Positions 1-10,367 of a stretch of 64,000 bases of DNA are shown here, in pieces. Both the position numbers and the translations under genes were made by a program. The notes below the pieces were generated by a model that did not search any database, was not told the origin of the DNA, and worked only from the letters and a program-made list of their open reading frames with translations. The DNA comes from an uncultured Gemmatimonadaceae bacterium (GTDB lineage Bacteria; Gemmatimonadota; Gemmatimonadetes; Gemmatimonadales; Gemmatimonadaceae), in NCBI GenBank assembly GCA_963790305.1, contig CAWBOC010000009.1:384001-448000 (forward strand). The letters are read 5' to 3'. Each line of letters starts with the position of its first letter. Position 1 is the stretch's first letter.

Positions 1-1371
1 AGCGCGTACAGCTCATCGATTCCCGGTGGCGTCAGCGCGAGAAGATCGCGCGCAACGGCCCGGTCGTGCGACAGATCGAGCGCGCCCGTCATCAAGCGGT
101 CGAATATGGCATCGACACGCTCGGCGTAGTTGGCGCGAAACCGCTCGAACGCCAGCGTGGCGTCCATCTGCCGCGCCCGACAGCCCGGGGCGCCCTCGAC
201 GTCAATGTCGGCATCGGGCACGGGCTGCCCCAGTGCATCCGCGACCGATGGGGCCGGGTCAGACGACACGACGAGTATCGGCTCCTCGGGCCGAGCCAGC
301 GACACACCGAGCGCGCAGGCGGCTGTCGTCTTTCCGACGCCGCCTTTCCCGGCGACGATCGTCAGCGGTCGCAGCAGGCTCGCGACCGCCGGATGCACCG
401 GCGATCGCGGCCGGTCGATGATCCGCCCGGTGATCGTGACGGGCTCAGGTGCCCGGCTCGCGCCACCCACGAACAACGCCTCGATCTCCGCCAGCCCTTT
501 CGGGGATCGTGCGCGGCGAGGGATGCGCACCCGCGGCGCGTCCGGGGCGATCGCAGAGAGTTGCTTCAAGAGCTCGCGATGCCCGATTTCGGCGGCCGCC
601 GGCATCGCATTGACAATGACCGCCCCCACGCGAATCGCCATCGTCTGGAGCGACTGCGCATACCGCACGGTCTCCGCCACGACCATGGGCTCGAGCCGTG
701 TGACGAGGGCCACGGCGGTCCGTTCACCATCGGCGAGCGTTGCTCGCAAGCGCATCCACGCGCTCCTGCATGGCGGCGAGGAACGCATCGGCGGCGTCGG
801 TGCGGTAGCGGCGTGCCAGCATCTGTACCATGAAGCGGTGCTTCTGCTGCATCACATCGAGCAGCGCGATCACGGCACGAAAGGTCTCTGGAAGCGCGAG
901 AAGGCGCAGCGTGTGACCGGTGGGGGCCGTGTCGACGACGATGCGACGCCATCGCGAATCGCGCTCCAGCTCGAGCAACGCGAGCACGGCCATCGCTTCG
1001 TCCGCCCCCGGCAGCGCATCGTCGACGAACCCGGCCAGCTCATCGGGGCTGAGGTAGGTGCCGCGGTCGAGGATCGCGATCACCACCGAGCGCCATTGCT
1101 GCAGGAAGGCGTCGCGCTCATGCTGCGCGTCGAGCTGCATGGCGAACAGCCGCTCACGTCCGGCGACGGGTCCCGGCGTCACCCCGACGACCGCGCCTAA
1201 CGCGGCACCCAGGGAGCGCGCCGGATCAGTCGAGAGCAGCAGGGTCGTGTCGCCGGCCGCGGCGCTCCGCGCCGCAAGCGCGGCCGAGCACGTCGTCTTC
1301 CCGACTCCCCCCTTGCCCGCTACCAGAATCCATCTCGGGAGGGACTGCAGTAGCGGGTCGAGAAGGCTCAC
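1..1371 (-). CDS. Two-domain ArsA/GET3-family ATPase; frameshift near 749, truncated at window edge
   Basis: Domain 1 has GKGGVGKTT, STDPA and DTAPTGH. After removing one base near 749 the frame continues to a second GKGGVGKTT/SSDPAPS domain. Start overlaps the gvpG stop. Confidence 0.8.
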
Positions 1372-1673
1372 TCCTCGGGGGGAGCTTCCCGCGCGACACG
1401 GACCGGACCGCCCGGCGCCGACATCCCGAAGTGCTCACGCCAGGCACGCACCTCCCGCAGCTGCTGCATCAGGCGCGCCTCACGCTGGGCGTACTCCTCA
1501 TCATCAATGTCGCCAAGCTCGAGGAGCATCTGCAGCTCCATGAGCTCCTGCTTGATCGGGGAGTCGTCGGTCAGCTCGGTCTCCACGACCTTCTGCACCT
1601 GATCGAGCGACCACCGGATGCCCGCGACTGGGCCGGTGACTGGAAAGAAGAGGAGCTTGGAGAGGATGCCCAT
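1368..1673 (-). CDS. gvpG: Gas vesicle protein GvpG
   Basis: Motifs LLFFPVTGPVAGIRW and ELQMLLELGDIDDEEY typical of GvpG; adjacent to a GvpF/L gene. Confidence 0.8.
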   Translation of the reverse strand: MGILSKLLFFPVTGPVAGIRWSLDQVQKVVETELTDDSPIKQELMELQMLLELGDIDDEEYAQREARLMQQLREVRAWREHFGMSAPGGPVRVAREAPPEE

Positions 1674-1677
1674 GACT

Positions 1678-1821
1678 GGGGGTCAGAGTCAGGAGTCAGG
1701 GGTCAGTGGTGGAAGGCGCTGTGAGCGCTGGAGAAGGGCTGGAGTAGCGCTCGGATTCTTAGCGCTTGTCCAGCGCCCTCCGCGCTTTTCCAGCGCCTGT
1801 CCATCCCTGACTCCTGACCCC
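1678..1821. repeat. Tandem-repeat hairpin: outer GAGTCAG/CTGACTC heptamers, inner GCGCTGGA-like units
   Basis: ggtcagagtcaggagtcaggggtcag ... ctgactcctgacccc bracket inverted gcgctgga/tccagcgc units. Confidence 0.75.
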
Positions 1822-1827
1822 TTTTCG

Positions 1828-2730
1828 CTATTCAGCCTTCTCCAGCTTGAGCTTGATGTTCACGAAGTTGTACGGTGGCCATGGACCCGTGTACTTGAAG
1901 GTCAGAAGGTCCTCGTACTTTCGCGATACCTCGCGAACTTTCTCATCGAAATCCTTCTCGCGGTGCCGCTCCACGAGAAAGGCCGCGTTCATGATCATGC
2001 GATCGCCGATCGGCTTGTTGCTGCGACTGGCGACGGCGACCTCCTTCAACGTCTCATGAATATCGGAGACGAACGAGTTCCCGGTGTCTTCGAGCGCGCC
2101 CTCGACCAGTCTGCCGAGCTGCATGCGCGCGAAGTAGGTCGAGCTCTGCGTGTTGCGCGTGATCTCGTCCTTGAGACGCCGGATCTCATCGTTCGAGCGC
2201 TCGAGGTCGGCGATGACCTTGTCGCGATCCCAGAGCACCTTGAGCCCGAATTCGATCTTGTCCTGCATCTTGTCGAGCACGTCACTGAACGCCTGATACG
2301 TCGATCGCAGCAGCTCGCCGACGTCGTCCTCGGAACGAAACACCGTTCCGAACGACATCGGGATCACCGTGTGCTCACGCATCACCGTCTCGTTCACGAA
2401 CTCATGCGCCAGCACGTTCTCGCGCGTGGGATCGTAGATCACGATCGGCGTGTCGCTGACCACCGCGCTGAGATCCTTGTAGTGCACCGTATACACGCGG
2501 TTCGCGCCATCCCCAATGCCAATCGGTCCGAAGTCGCGCGCGCTGTCGAGGCGGATGATGCAGTAGACGTACTTTCCTCCCTCGCCACGCCCGTCGGCGC
2601 CCTTGGCGACCGAGTCGTCGCCGCGACGCGATTCTGCTTCCACGGTACGACCGTCTCCCGAGACCATCCCGTCCATGCGCGCTCCTGATTCCACTCGATC
2701 CGCTATATCCACAACGCGAGGAGTATCCAC
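1828..2730 (-). CDS. Gas vesicle protein, GvpF/GvpL family (start uncertain)
   Basis: Motifs YVYCII, AHEFVNE..VIPMSFG, NAAFLV and YTGPWPPYNFV. Confidence 0.85.
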   Translation of the reverse strand: MDTPRVVDIADRVESGARMDGMVSGDGRTVEAESRRGDDSVAKGADGRGEGGKYVYCIIRLDSARDFGPIGIGDGANRVYTVHYKDLSAVVSDTPIVIYDPTRENVLAHEFVNETVMREHTVIPMSFGTVFRSEDDVGELLRSTYQAFSDVLDKMQDKIEFGLKVLWDRDKVIADLERSNDEIRRLKDEITRNTQSSTYFARMQLGRLVEGALEDTGNSFVSDIHETLKEVAVASRSNKPIGDRMIMNAAFLVERHREKDFDEKVREVSRKYEDLLTFKYTGPWPPYNFVNIKLKLEKAE

Positions 2731-3191
2731 ACCGCGAGCACGAGCCCGATCCCAACCTTCATCGCAACCGCGACAATGCGTCCGATGAGGGCCCCCGTTG
2801 CGACGCGCGTCGCGCCGCCAACCTCAGTGCCTTTTCGGGTCATTTCCGCGACCCACGCACCGACAAAAGCGCCCGCGAACGCGCCAATCATTGGGCCGAT
2901 CACGGGCAGGGGGGTCCAGACGAAAGCACCGACCACCCCGCCTATAATAGCGCCCCATCCCGCACGTCGCGACCCACCATACTTGCGCGTATACCGTGCC
3001 GAAAGGGCGAACTCGATGAGCTCGGCGATCAGGGCCAGGACGGTAAGCGCCCCGATCGTCCAGACCGAGATGGTCGGCTTCACGTAGCTATACAGCAGGG
3101 CGGCACCGACCATGAGCCACAGCCCTGGCAAGCCCAGCGGGATCAGCAGCAGTCCCGCTACCAACGCGATCGCGAGCAGCAGCTCTTCCAT
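2703..3191 (-). CDS. DUF456-family membrane protein
   Basis: Hydrophobic, LGLPGLWL, KYGGSRRAGWGAIIGG, Gly-rich TM pairs. Confidence 0.7.
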   Translation of the reverse strand: MEELLLAIALVAGLLLIPLGLPGLWLMVGAALLYSYVKPTISVWTIGALTVLALIAELIEFALSARYTRKYGGSRRAGWGAIIGGVVGAFVWTPLPVIGPMIGAFAGAFVGAWVAEMTRKGTEVGGATRVATGALIGRIVAVAMKVGIGLVLAVWILLALWI

Positions 3192-3209
3192 TCAACCCCC
3201 AGCGTCTCG

Positions 3210-4311
3210 TCAGGCGCTCGTCGCGATGGCGGCGAGAATGATCGACGCCGTGACGGCTACTCCTTCCCCGCGCACATGCTCGAGCGAATCGCGAGGCGTG
3301 TGAATGCGGGCAACCGTGCCGAGCGTTCCTCGGCTCACCGTTACCACCTGCCATCCCGCATCGGCCAGCGCCACGCCGTCGAGTAACGCACCGGGAATCA
3401 AGCGCCCTGTACGGACCGGTATCCCTGCCTCTGTAGCGCGCAGCGTCAGCAGGTCGAGAAGGGCCGTTGGACGGCGCCTCGTCCACGTCAAACGCAGCGC
3501 ACCCGCGTCATCGACACCGTCGACATTGATCGCGTGAACGGCACCCCGTCCGCGGACCCACGCGCGCGCACCCGCCAGGCCCAGCTCCTCCGCACTCGTC
3601 AGCACCACGCCAAGCGCGAGCTGTTGTGGCAACGACTGCGCCACCATGAGGGCAGTGCTCACGCCCGACGCATCGTCGAGCGCGCCCGGCGAGCGCGATT
3701 GCACGACGCTCGCGGCAACCGGAAGTGATGAAAGCACCCCCCATCCAGTGATCCAGGGCCACATCCACCGCACATCGGTGCCGGAGACGTGCAGCGCGGC
3801 AATGATCACCGCGCCCGCGGCGCCTACGAGCAATCCGATTACCCCCAGCGCGCGCACGACGATCGCCACCGGCTGCGACTTCGAATCGAGATGCGCGACG
3901 AGCCAAACCGAGGGGTTTCCTCGGCTCGCGACGAGGTTGCTGGATTCTGCCCGCAGCCAGCGCAGACCAAGCACCCCAACGCGCGTGACCCACCATGCTG
4001 ACGCCCCGATGAACACTGCGCCGCCGAGGAGCAGCGCGAGCGCGAGCGCTGGGTCATTCCGCCACCCGAGAATGGCCGACCGCCGCGAACAGGGCACCGG
4101 AGATGATGCCGAGGACGGGCGTCGCCACCTTGCCGGGTAGCTGCGAATACGAGAATGGCTCCTCGGCGACACCGAAACCGGCGGCGGTAAGCACACCGGC
4201 GCAGTACGCGCGCGCGCGGGCTTCCTCCGTTCCGCCGGCGGGGCGCGGCGCGCTCGCCAGCGCCTCGAGATGCCGTCGCGCAGCCGCCCTGTCGGCAGGG
4301 CGCGCGTCCAC
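3210..4311 (-). CDS. Membrane M28-family metallopeptidase; frameshift near 4070
   Basis: N-part (PRPAGGTEEARAR) in ORF 4054-4311; C-part has AHLDS, GALDDASG, AEELGL, NVDG and IHT. Confidence 0.7.
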
Positions 4312-4314
4312 TCG

Positions 4315-5217
4315 TCAGGCGGCCCGGGAGAGTCCCGCCGTGCGGAGGAGCTCTTCCACCCGCTCCCGGGCCGGTCCGCGCAGCGGCAACAACGGCGCTC
4401 GCACTCGTCCACCCGTTAGGCCGACGAGATCGAGCGCCGCCTTCACCCCGGCCACGCCGAGCTCGCCGACAATGGTTCGGGCGAGCGGCACCAGCCGCTC
4501 CTGGGCGCGACCAGCCGCCGCCGTGTCGCCACTCGTGAACGATCGGCAGAGCGACACGGAGAGGGGCGCAGCGAACAGTCCCACGGCGAGAACTCCGCCG
4601 CGTGCGCCCATCTCGAGAGCTGAATAGAGTCCGGCCCCGCTGCCGGTGAGCACCGTGAATCGCTCGGACTGCGCATCGAGATAGCCACCCAGCTGGGTCA
4701 GATCGCCCGAGCTGTCCTTGATCCCCACGACGTTCCCGTGCGAGGCGAGCTCGCGCACCAGACCCGGCGCGAGGGGAAAATGCGTGTACTTGGGAATGTT
4801 GTAGAGGATGAGCGGCAAGGGACTGTCGTCCGCCACCTGCCGGAAATGAGCGGCCAGCGCCTCGGGCGTCATCTGCGCACCGTAGTAATGCGGCGCGACC
4901 ACGAGAATGGCGTCGGCACCACGCTCGGCCGCTTCGCGCGCGCGTCGAATCGTCAGGCGCGTGGATTCCGCGCCAACGCCCGCGATGAGCCACCGATCGT
5001 CAGGCACGATCGCACGCGCCCATTCGAGAAGCCGGTGCCGCTCATGCTCCTCGAGCAACGCTGCCTCGCCCGTTGAGCCGGCGACGACGATGCCCGCGAG
5101 TCCCGCGTCCAGATGCGCGCGCACGTTCGCGCGATACGGAATGGCCGCGAGATCGCCAGTGCCATCGTCGAACGTCGTGACGACCGGCCCGAGGACGCCG
5201 CCGAGCACTTTCGTCAT
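4315..5217 (-). CDS. Dihydrodipicolinate synthase (DapA) family protein
   Basis: GSTGE, ILYNIP and catalytic GIKDSSG motifs. Confidence 0.85.
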   Translation of the reverse strand: MTKVLGGVLGPVVTTFDDGTGDLAAIPYRANVRAHLDAGLAGIVVAGSTGEAALLEEHERHRLLEWARAIVPDDRWLIAGVGAESTRLTIRRAREAAERGADAILVVAPHYYGAQMTPEALAAHFRQVADDSPLPLILYNIPKYTHFPLAPGLVRELASHGNVVGIKDSSGDLTQLGGYLDAQSERFTVLTGSGAGLYSALEMGARGGVLAVGLFAAPLSVSLCRSFTSGDTAAAGRAQERLVPLARTIVGELGVAGVKAALDLVGLTGGRVRAPLLPLRGPARERVEELLRTAGLSRAA

Positions 5218-6287
5218 CGTGTTTCGCTGAACGTGCGCACCGTGAGGGCGAAATCGCTTGGCCTCGAGGCCGCGGCGTGCGCCACCTCGTATGTCACCGC
5301 GCCCTGCCCCACGAGATCGGCCAGATGCTGGTCGAACGTCTGCATCCCGTATTGGTCGCGTCCCTCGGCAATGACGTCGCGAATCTCTCCCGTGCGCTGC
5401 TCATCCATGATGAGATCGCGCACCAGCGGCGTCACGACCATGATCTCGGCCGCCACGATCCGTCCCTTGCCGTCCGCGCGCGGCAGCAGCCGCTGCGAGA
5501 CGACCGCATGCAGCGATTCCGCGAGACGGACGCGGGTGATTCCCTGCTCCTCAGGCGGAAACATGGCCAGGATACGGGTGATGGTCGTGTGCGCATCCGG
5601 CGTGTGCAGCGTACTCAGGACCAGGTGGCCGGTCTCCGCCGCTTTCATCGCCGTGTCGATCGTCTCCGCGTCGCGCATCTCTCCGACCATGACCACGTCG
5701 GGATCCTGACGCAGCGCGGCACGGAGGCCCGTGCGGAAGCTTTCCGTGTCGACCCCGATCTCGCGCTGGCTCACCGAGCATTGAATGTCGCGGTGGAGAA
5801 ACTCGATCGGGTTCTCCAGCGTGACAATGTGCTTGCTCATGTTCGAGTTCATGTAATTCACGAGCGCAGCCATCGTACTCGACTTTCCGGACCCTGTCAC
5901 CCCTGTGACCAGCACCAGCCCCCGCTCGGCCTGTGCAACGCGCGCCAGCACCGGCGGGAGCGAGAGCCCATCGAACGTCGGCACCTCGAACGGGATTACT
6001 CGCATCACGATCATGAAGCTCGAGCGCTGGCGCAGAATGTTGACGCGAAAGCGCCCGACACCGGCCATTCCCCACGAGCAATCGTAGTCGGTGATCCGAT
6101 CGATCTTCTTCCGATCGTCCTCGTTGGGAATCAGCCGGAGCGCGATGGCTTTCGTCTGATCGGGCGTGAGTGCCTGCTTGGTGAGCGGGACCAATCGCCC
6201 GTCGATGCGCGCACGAAAGACGTCCCCTGCCTTGATGTGCAGGTCCGACGCCCCGCGTTCCACCGCCGCCTTTATGATCTTCTCCAT
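5214..6287 (-). CDS. PilT/PilU-family type IV pilus retraction ATPase
   Basis: GASDLH, GVTGSGKS, ALRQDPD, GEMRD, ETGHLVLSTLHT, GMQTFD. Confidence 0.9.
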   Translation of the reverse strand: MEKIIKAAVERGASDLHIKAGDVFRARIDGRLVPLTKQALTPDQTKAIALRLIPNEDDRKKIDRITDYDCSWGMAGVGRFRVNILRQRSSFMIVMRVIPFEVPTFDGLSLPPVLARVAQAERGLVLVTGVTGSGKSSTMAALVNYMNSNMSKHIVTLENPIEFLHRDIQCSVSQREIGVDTESFRTGLRAALRQDPDVVMVGEMRDAETIDTAMKAAETGHLVLSTLHTPDAHTTITRILAMFPPEEQGITRVRLAESLHAVVSQRLLPRADGKGRIVAAEIMVVTPLVRDLIMDEQRTGEIRDVIAEGRDQYGMQTFDQHLADLVGQGAVTYEVAHAAASRPSDFALTVRTFSETR

Positions 6288-6302
6288 GCCCTCGCCATTC
6301 GG

Positions 6303-7364
6303 TCAGTAGCCAGCCGATTTGTCCACGACGTTCCTCAGCGGACGTCCGGCCGCGAAGCGCGCCCAGTTGTCGGTGAAGAGCTCCAGTTCGCGCCGCCAAT
6401 ACCCGCGAGGCGACGTAGCCGACACGTGCGGAGTGAGCAACAGCCGAGGGACGTTCCACAAATTACTGTCCGGCGGCAGCGGCTCCCGCTCGAACACGTC
6501 GAGCACCGCTCCGGCGACGCGCCCATCCCGCAGGCGTTCCGCCAGGGCCCGCTCGTCGAGCAGTGTGCCGCGCGCGACGTTGACGACGATTGCGCCCTGA
6601 GGAAGATGGTCGAGCCGCTCCGCGGTCACCAGACCGCGTGTTGCGACCGTCGCGGGCGCCGCAATGATGAGAATGTCCGCGCTGGGCAGGAGCGAGTCGA
6701 GCGCTTCAAGGCCGAACACCTTCCCGAACCCCTCCGGGATGCCCCGTTCAGGACGGCGTCGAATCCCGGTACAGCGCGCGCCGAGCGCGGAGAGCCGACG
6801 AGCGATCTCGGTGCCGATTCCGCCGGCGCCAATGATCAAGGCGCGACATTCCCCGAGCTCGCGGATGCGGCTGTCGTCACCGACGAACGGGTCGCGATTC
6901 CACACCCGATCACGTTGTTGTGCGACCGCAACGTCGAACTGTCGAAGCAGAAAGAGAATCCCGCCTAACACGTGCTCGGCCATAGGCACGGCATGAACGC
7001 CAGCGGAGTTGGTCAGGAGCACAGTGCTCGCCGCCAGCTCGGGATAGAGCAGACTTCCCACCCCCGCCGCTGCCGAGTGGATCCACCGCAAGCGCGGCGC
7101 GGCGACGAAGAGTGCGCGTGGCATCCCGAACCCGACGTACGCATCGGCGTCGGCGATCTCCCGCATCACTTCCGCGCTGGGCGACGCATTTCCGTCACCA
7201 TCCGAGATCGTCGGCGAGCCGACAATGTAGGTCGTCCAGCCTGGTGGGGCTGACGAGCGGATACGCGAGGCGGCTTCATCGGTCAGCGACCATGTACGCG
7301 ACGTCGCGCGCAGATCGACGACCAGGCGTCCGTGCGCCTGCGGCGTCCGCTCCGTGTCGGCCAC
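6303..7364 (-). CDS. D-2-hydroxyacid dehydrogenase
   Basis: GAGGIG Rossmann motif, NVARG, LDVFEREP, TPHVS. Confidence 0.85.
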   Translation of the reverse strand: MADTERTPQAHGRLVVDLRATSRTWSLTDEAASRIRSSAPPGWTTYIVGSPTISDGDGNASPSAEVMREIADADAYVGFGMPRALFVAAPRLRWIHSAAAGVGSLLYPELAASTVLLTNSAGVHAVPMAEHVLGGILFLLRQFDVAVAQQRDRVWNRDPFVGDDSRIRELGECRALIIGAGGIGTEIARRLSALGARCTGIRRRPERGIPEGFGKVFGLEALDSLLPSADILIIAAPATVATRGLVTAERLDHLPQGAIVVNVARGTLLDERALAERLRDGRVAGAVLDVFEREPLPPDSNLWNVPRLLLTPHVSATSPRGYWRRELELFTDNWARFAAGRPLRNVVDKSAGY

Positions 7365-7367
7365 CGA

Positions 7368-8093
7368 TCAGTCGAACTCGACGCTGATCACTTCCGGGCG
7401 ATGCATGAGCTCTTCAGCCAGCCGATCGTACTGGCGAGAGGGACCGACCAGCTGGAGTCGATAGACGAGACCTTCTTCCTCTTCCGTCACCTTCTTCGCC
7501 TGGATGGCGATGCGCGACCCACGAAAGATCGGCGAGACGTCCTCGAAGCGGGCGTCTCGACGCATGTGAATCGTGCCGTTGACGACGCGGCGGAACGACA
7601 GCATCCACCGCTCCAGCCAGCCGAGGGCGGTCAGGACGAGGGTCACGAGAAGTGCCGCCGCGACCGCTTCGGCGCGGTGTCCGGCGCCGACTGCCAGCCC
7701 GATCGCCGCGACCACCCAGATGGTTGCAGCCGTCGTGAGACCGACGACCTCGCCGCGCGCTTGCATGATCGTGCCGGCACCCAGAAAGCCGACGCCAGTC
7801 ACGACCTGCGCCGCGATGCGTGCCGGATCCCCGACGCGCACATCACCATCCGTCATTCCGATGGTGATAGAGAGGTCCATGAGAAGGGCGGAGCCGAGGC
7901 AGATGAGGATGTTGGTGCGGAGCCCGGCGGGCTTGCCCGAGAGTTCGCGTTCGACACCGACGATCCCGCCGAGGAGAACGGCGAGAGCGAGTCGGCCTAA
8001 CAGGTCGAACGGAAGCGGCTCCAGGAATTGCAGAGCCGCCAGCGAGCTCATCGGTGACAGGACCGTGTACGTGTCGATGCGAGCCACCTCCAC
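7368..8093 (-). CDS. MgtC/SapB-family membrane protein
   Basis: ERE..KPAGLRT, RIAAQVVTGVGFLGAG, GLTTAATIW. Confidence 0.9.
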   Translation of the reverse strand: MEVARIDTYTVLSPMSSLAALQFLEPLPFDLLGRLALAVLLGGIVGVERELSGKPAGLRTNILICLGSALLMDLSITIGMTDGDVRVGDPARIAAQVVTGVGFLGAGTIMQARGEVVGLTTAATIWVVAAIGLAVGAGHRAEAVAAALLVTLVLTALGWLERWMLSFRRVVNGTIHMRRDARFEDVSPIFRGSRIAIQAKKVTEEEEGLVYRLQLVGPSRQYDRLAEELMHRPEVISVEFD

Positions 8094-8100
8094 GCGATGA

Positions 8101-8364
8101 CTACGGGTTGTTCAGCTCAGTGATGTCGTCGGCCGTGGTATCGGGAGAGACATCGTCGAGGGCGATGTGTCGGCGAGTTTCCTCGAGCTGTTCGATGGTC
8201 GCCTCATCCGCCTCGGTGGGAGAAAAGAAGTTTCGGAACACGGTATTCCCGCACTTCTCGCACTTCACCCGATTGGGGGGCGTGTCGTCGTAATACTTGC
8301 GATTGCCGCAGGTGAGGCAGAGGAGCGTGAGCACGCCGCGCGGGCCATTGGGATCCATGGGCAT
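8101..8364 (-). CDS. Small hypothetical zinc-ribbon protein
   Basis: CLTC..CEKC plus acidic C-terminus. Confidence 0.6.
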   Translation of the reverse strand: MPMDPNGPRGVLTLLCLTCGNRKYYDDTPPNRVKCEKCGNTVFRNFFSPTEADEATIEQLEETRRHIALDDVSPDTTADDITELNNP

Positions 8365-8377
8365 CGGGAACCTCGAA

Positions 8378-8449
8378 GAATGCGGAATGCGGAATACGGA
8401 TGAAACGTTGAGGGGTCAGGCTGTCAACCGCAATCCGCATTCCGCATTC
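8378..8449. repeat. (AATGCGG)n/(CCGCATT)n hairpin, copy 1
   Basis: gaatgcggaatgcggaatacgga ... ccgcaatccgcattccgcattc. Confidence 0.85.
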
Positions 8450-8451
8450 GG

Positions 8452-9432
8452 TTAGACCAGCCCCATCCTCTCCTTGACGTAACCCATCGTTTCTCGTGCG
8501 AGCGCGCGACACCGATCCGCACCAGCGGCAAGCACGTCGCGGACTCGCTGCGGGTTCGATCGAAGCTCACGCGCGCGCTCGTGGATAGGTGTGAGCTCTC
8601 GCTGGATTCCCTCGAGCAGAACCTTCTTGCAGTCGATGCATCCCCAGCCCGCGGTCGAGCACATCTCCGCGACGTGCTCCACCGTCTCCGGCGGATTGAA
8701 CGCCTTGTGCAGGTGAAAGATGTTGCACACCTCCGGCGTGCCCGGATCGGTCCGTCGCACGCGCTTGGGGTCGGTGACCGCGGGGCGGAGCTTCTCCCAC
8801 ACGGCGTCGAACGGTTCCAGAAGTCCGACGGTATTCCCCATGGACTTCGACATCTTCGCTTGCCCGTCGAGACCCATGATGCGCCGTGTGGCGGTCAAGA
8901 GAGCCTTGGGCTCAGGGAAGAAGTCTTCGCCCTTGGCGAACCGCGCATTCCATTTTCGCGCGATTTCGCGCGAAAGCTCGAGATGCTGCACCTGATCCTC
9001 GCCCACCGGAACGCCGTCGGCGCGGTAGAGGAGGATGTCAGCCGCCTGTAGCACCGGATAGTTCAGGAGCCCCGCGACGACGCTCTCCTGTCGCTGCGCC
9101 TTCTCCTTGAACTGCGTCTGTCGCTCCAGCTCCCCGATTGGTGTCACCGTGTTGAAGATCCAGGCGAGCTCCGTGTGCTCGGGCACGTGGGACTGGACGA
9201 ACACGGTACATTTCTCCGGATCGAGCCCGGAGGCGAGCAGCGACACGGCCATGTCCGTCGTCCGTCGTCGCAGGTCGTCGGGGTCGTACGGTACGGTGAT
9301 CGCGTGATAGTCGACGATGCAGAAGATGCATTCGTAGCTGTGCTGAAGCTGGACCCAATTCTTGACCGCTCCCAGGTAGTTGCCAATATGCAACTCGCCG
9401 GAGGGTTGAATTCCGCTGAAGATCCGAGGCAT
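8452..9432 (-). CDS. trpS: Tryptophanyl-tRNA synthetase
   Basis: HIGN and KMSKS motifs, SGIQPSG, VPVGEDQ. Confidence 0.97.
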   Translation of the reverse strand: MPRIFSGIQPSGELHIGNYLGAVKNWVQLQHSYECIFCIVDYHAITVPYDPDDLRRRTTDMAVSLLASGLDPEKCTVFVQSHVPEHTELAWIFNTVTPIGELERQTQFKEKAQRQESVVAGLLNYPVLQAADILLYRADGVPVGEDQVQHLELSREIARKWNARFAKGEDFFPEPKALLTATRRIMGLDGQAKMSKSMGNTVGLLEPFDAVWEKLRPAVTDPKRVRRTDPGTPEVCNIFHLHKAFNPPETVEHVAEMCSTAGWGCIDCKKVLLEGIQRELTPIHERARELRSNPQRVRDVLAAGADRCRALARETMGYVKERMGLV

Positions 9433-9443
9433 CACGGCAAGCT

Positions 9444-10265
9444 ATGAGTGCCCCTAATGCGCTGCAAGCGACGGCGCGCGACCTCGAGATGCTCCGTGAC
9501 GTCGCCGTTGCGGCGGCCAATGGTGCCGCGACCATCGTGCGTTCGCATCGCGGCGCCGGGGCCACCGTCGAGTGGCAGCCCAAGGGACGATCCGACTTCG
9601 TCAGCATCGTGGATACCGCCGCGGAAGAGCGCATTCGAGAAATCGTAGTGCGCGCGCTGCCCGACGCTCGCGTCATCGGCGAAGAGCTTACGCCCGAGGG
9701 TGCCGCCGGCTCCGGGATCACGTTCCTCGTCGACCCGCTCGACGGGACGACGAATTTCCTCCATGACTATCCGGAGTACGCCGTCTCGATCGCAGTCCTG
9801 GTCGATCGCGAAACGCTCGTCGGCACTGTCGTGAATGTGCCGAATCACTCCAGCTGGGTCGCCGTCGCGGGACAGGGCGCGACCGTCGACGGTCGCCCGA
9901 TTCGCGTGAGCGACATTCGCGAGCCCGCGCGCGCCCTGATCGGCACCGGCTTCCCCTTCAAGTACCCGGAGCAGATCGAACGATACGTGCGCGAGCTGCC
10001 GGTGATCATGCGGTCGACGGCGGGGATTCGCCGCGCCGGTGCAGCCGCGCTCGATCTCTGCGCCGTCGCCACCGGCCGCTTCAATGCGTTCTGGGAGCAC
10101 AGCCTCGAGGCGTGGGATTTCGCCGCCGGCGCGCTGCTCATTCGCGAGGCGGGCGGCGTCATCACTGACCTTCAGGGCGCGCCGCTCCCGCTTTCCCGAT
10201 CAGGAGCCCTGGCCGGGAATCCGTGGATGCACGAATGGATGCTCAAAGTTTTGAGTGATGTGTAG
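9444..10265 (+). CDS. Inositol monophosphatase family protein (SuhB-like)
   Basis: GEE, DPLDGTTNF, WDFAAG. Confidence 0.9.
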   Translation: MSAPNALQATARDLEMLRDVAVAAANGAATIVRSHRGAGATVEWQPKGRSDFVSIVDTAAEERIREIVVRALPDARVIGEELTPEGAAGSGITFLVDPLDGTTNFLHDYPEYAVSIAVLVDRETLVGTVVNVPNHSSWVAVAGQGATVDGRPIRVSDIREPARALIGTGFPFKYPEQIERYVRELPVIMRSTAGIRRAGAAALDLCAVATGRFNAFWEHSLEAWDFAAGALLIREAGGVITDLQGAPLPLSRSGALAGNPWMHEWMLKVLSDV

Positions 10266-10356
10266 CTGAGGCGATCGAGGTGGTCGAGGTGCGTCGAAGT
10301 AATCCAGGTGACTTCGCCTCGTTCACCTCGAGCATCCTCGACGACCTCGACGACCT
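10266..10356. repeat. 9-nt-period TCGAGG/CCTCGA tandem-repeat hairpin
   Basis: gatcgaggtggtcgaggtgcgtcgaag ... cctcgagcatcctcgacgacctcgacgacct. Confidence 0.7.
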
Positions 10357-10367
10357 TTGGAGAATTC

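Noticed and set aside
1..1371. Arsenic resistance operon
   Set aside because: No arsR, arsB, arsC or arsD in view; the ATPase is coupled to gvpG.
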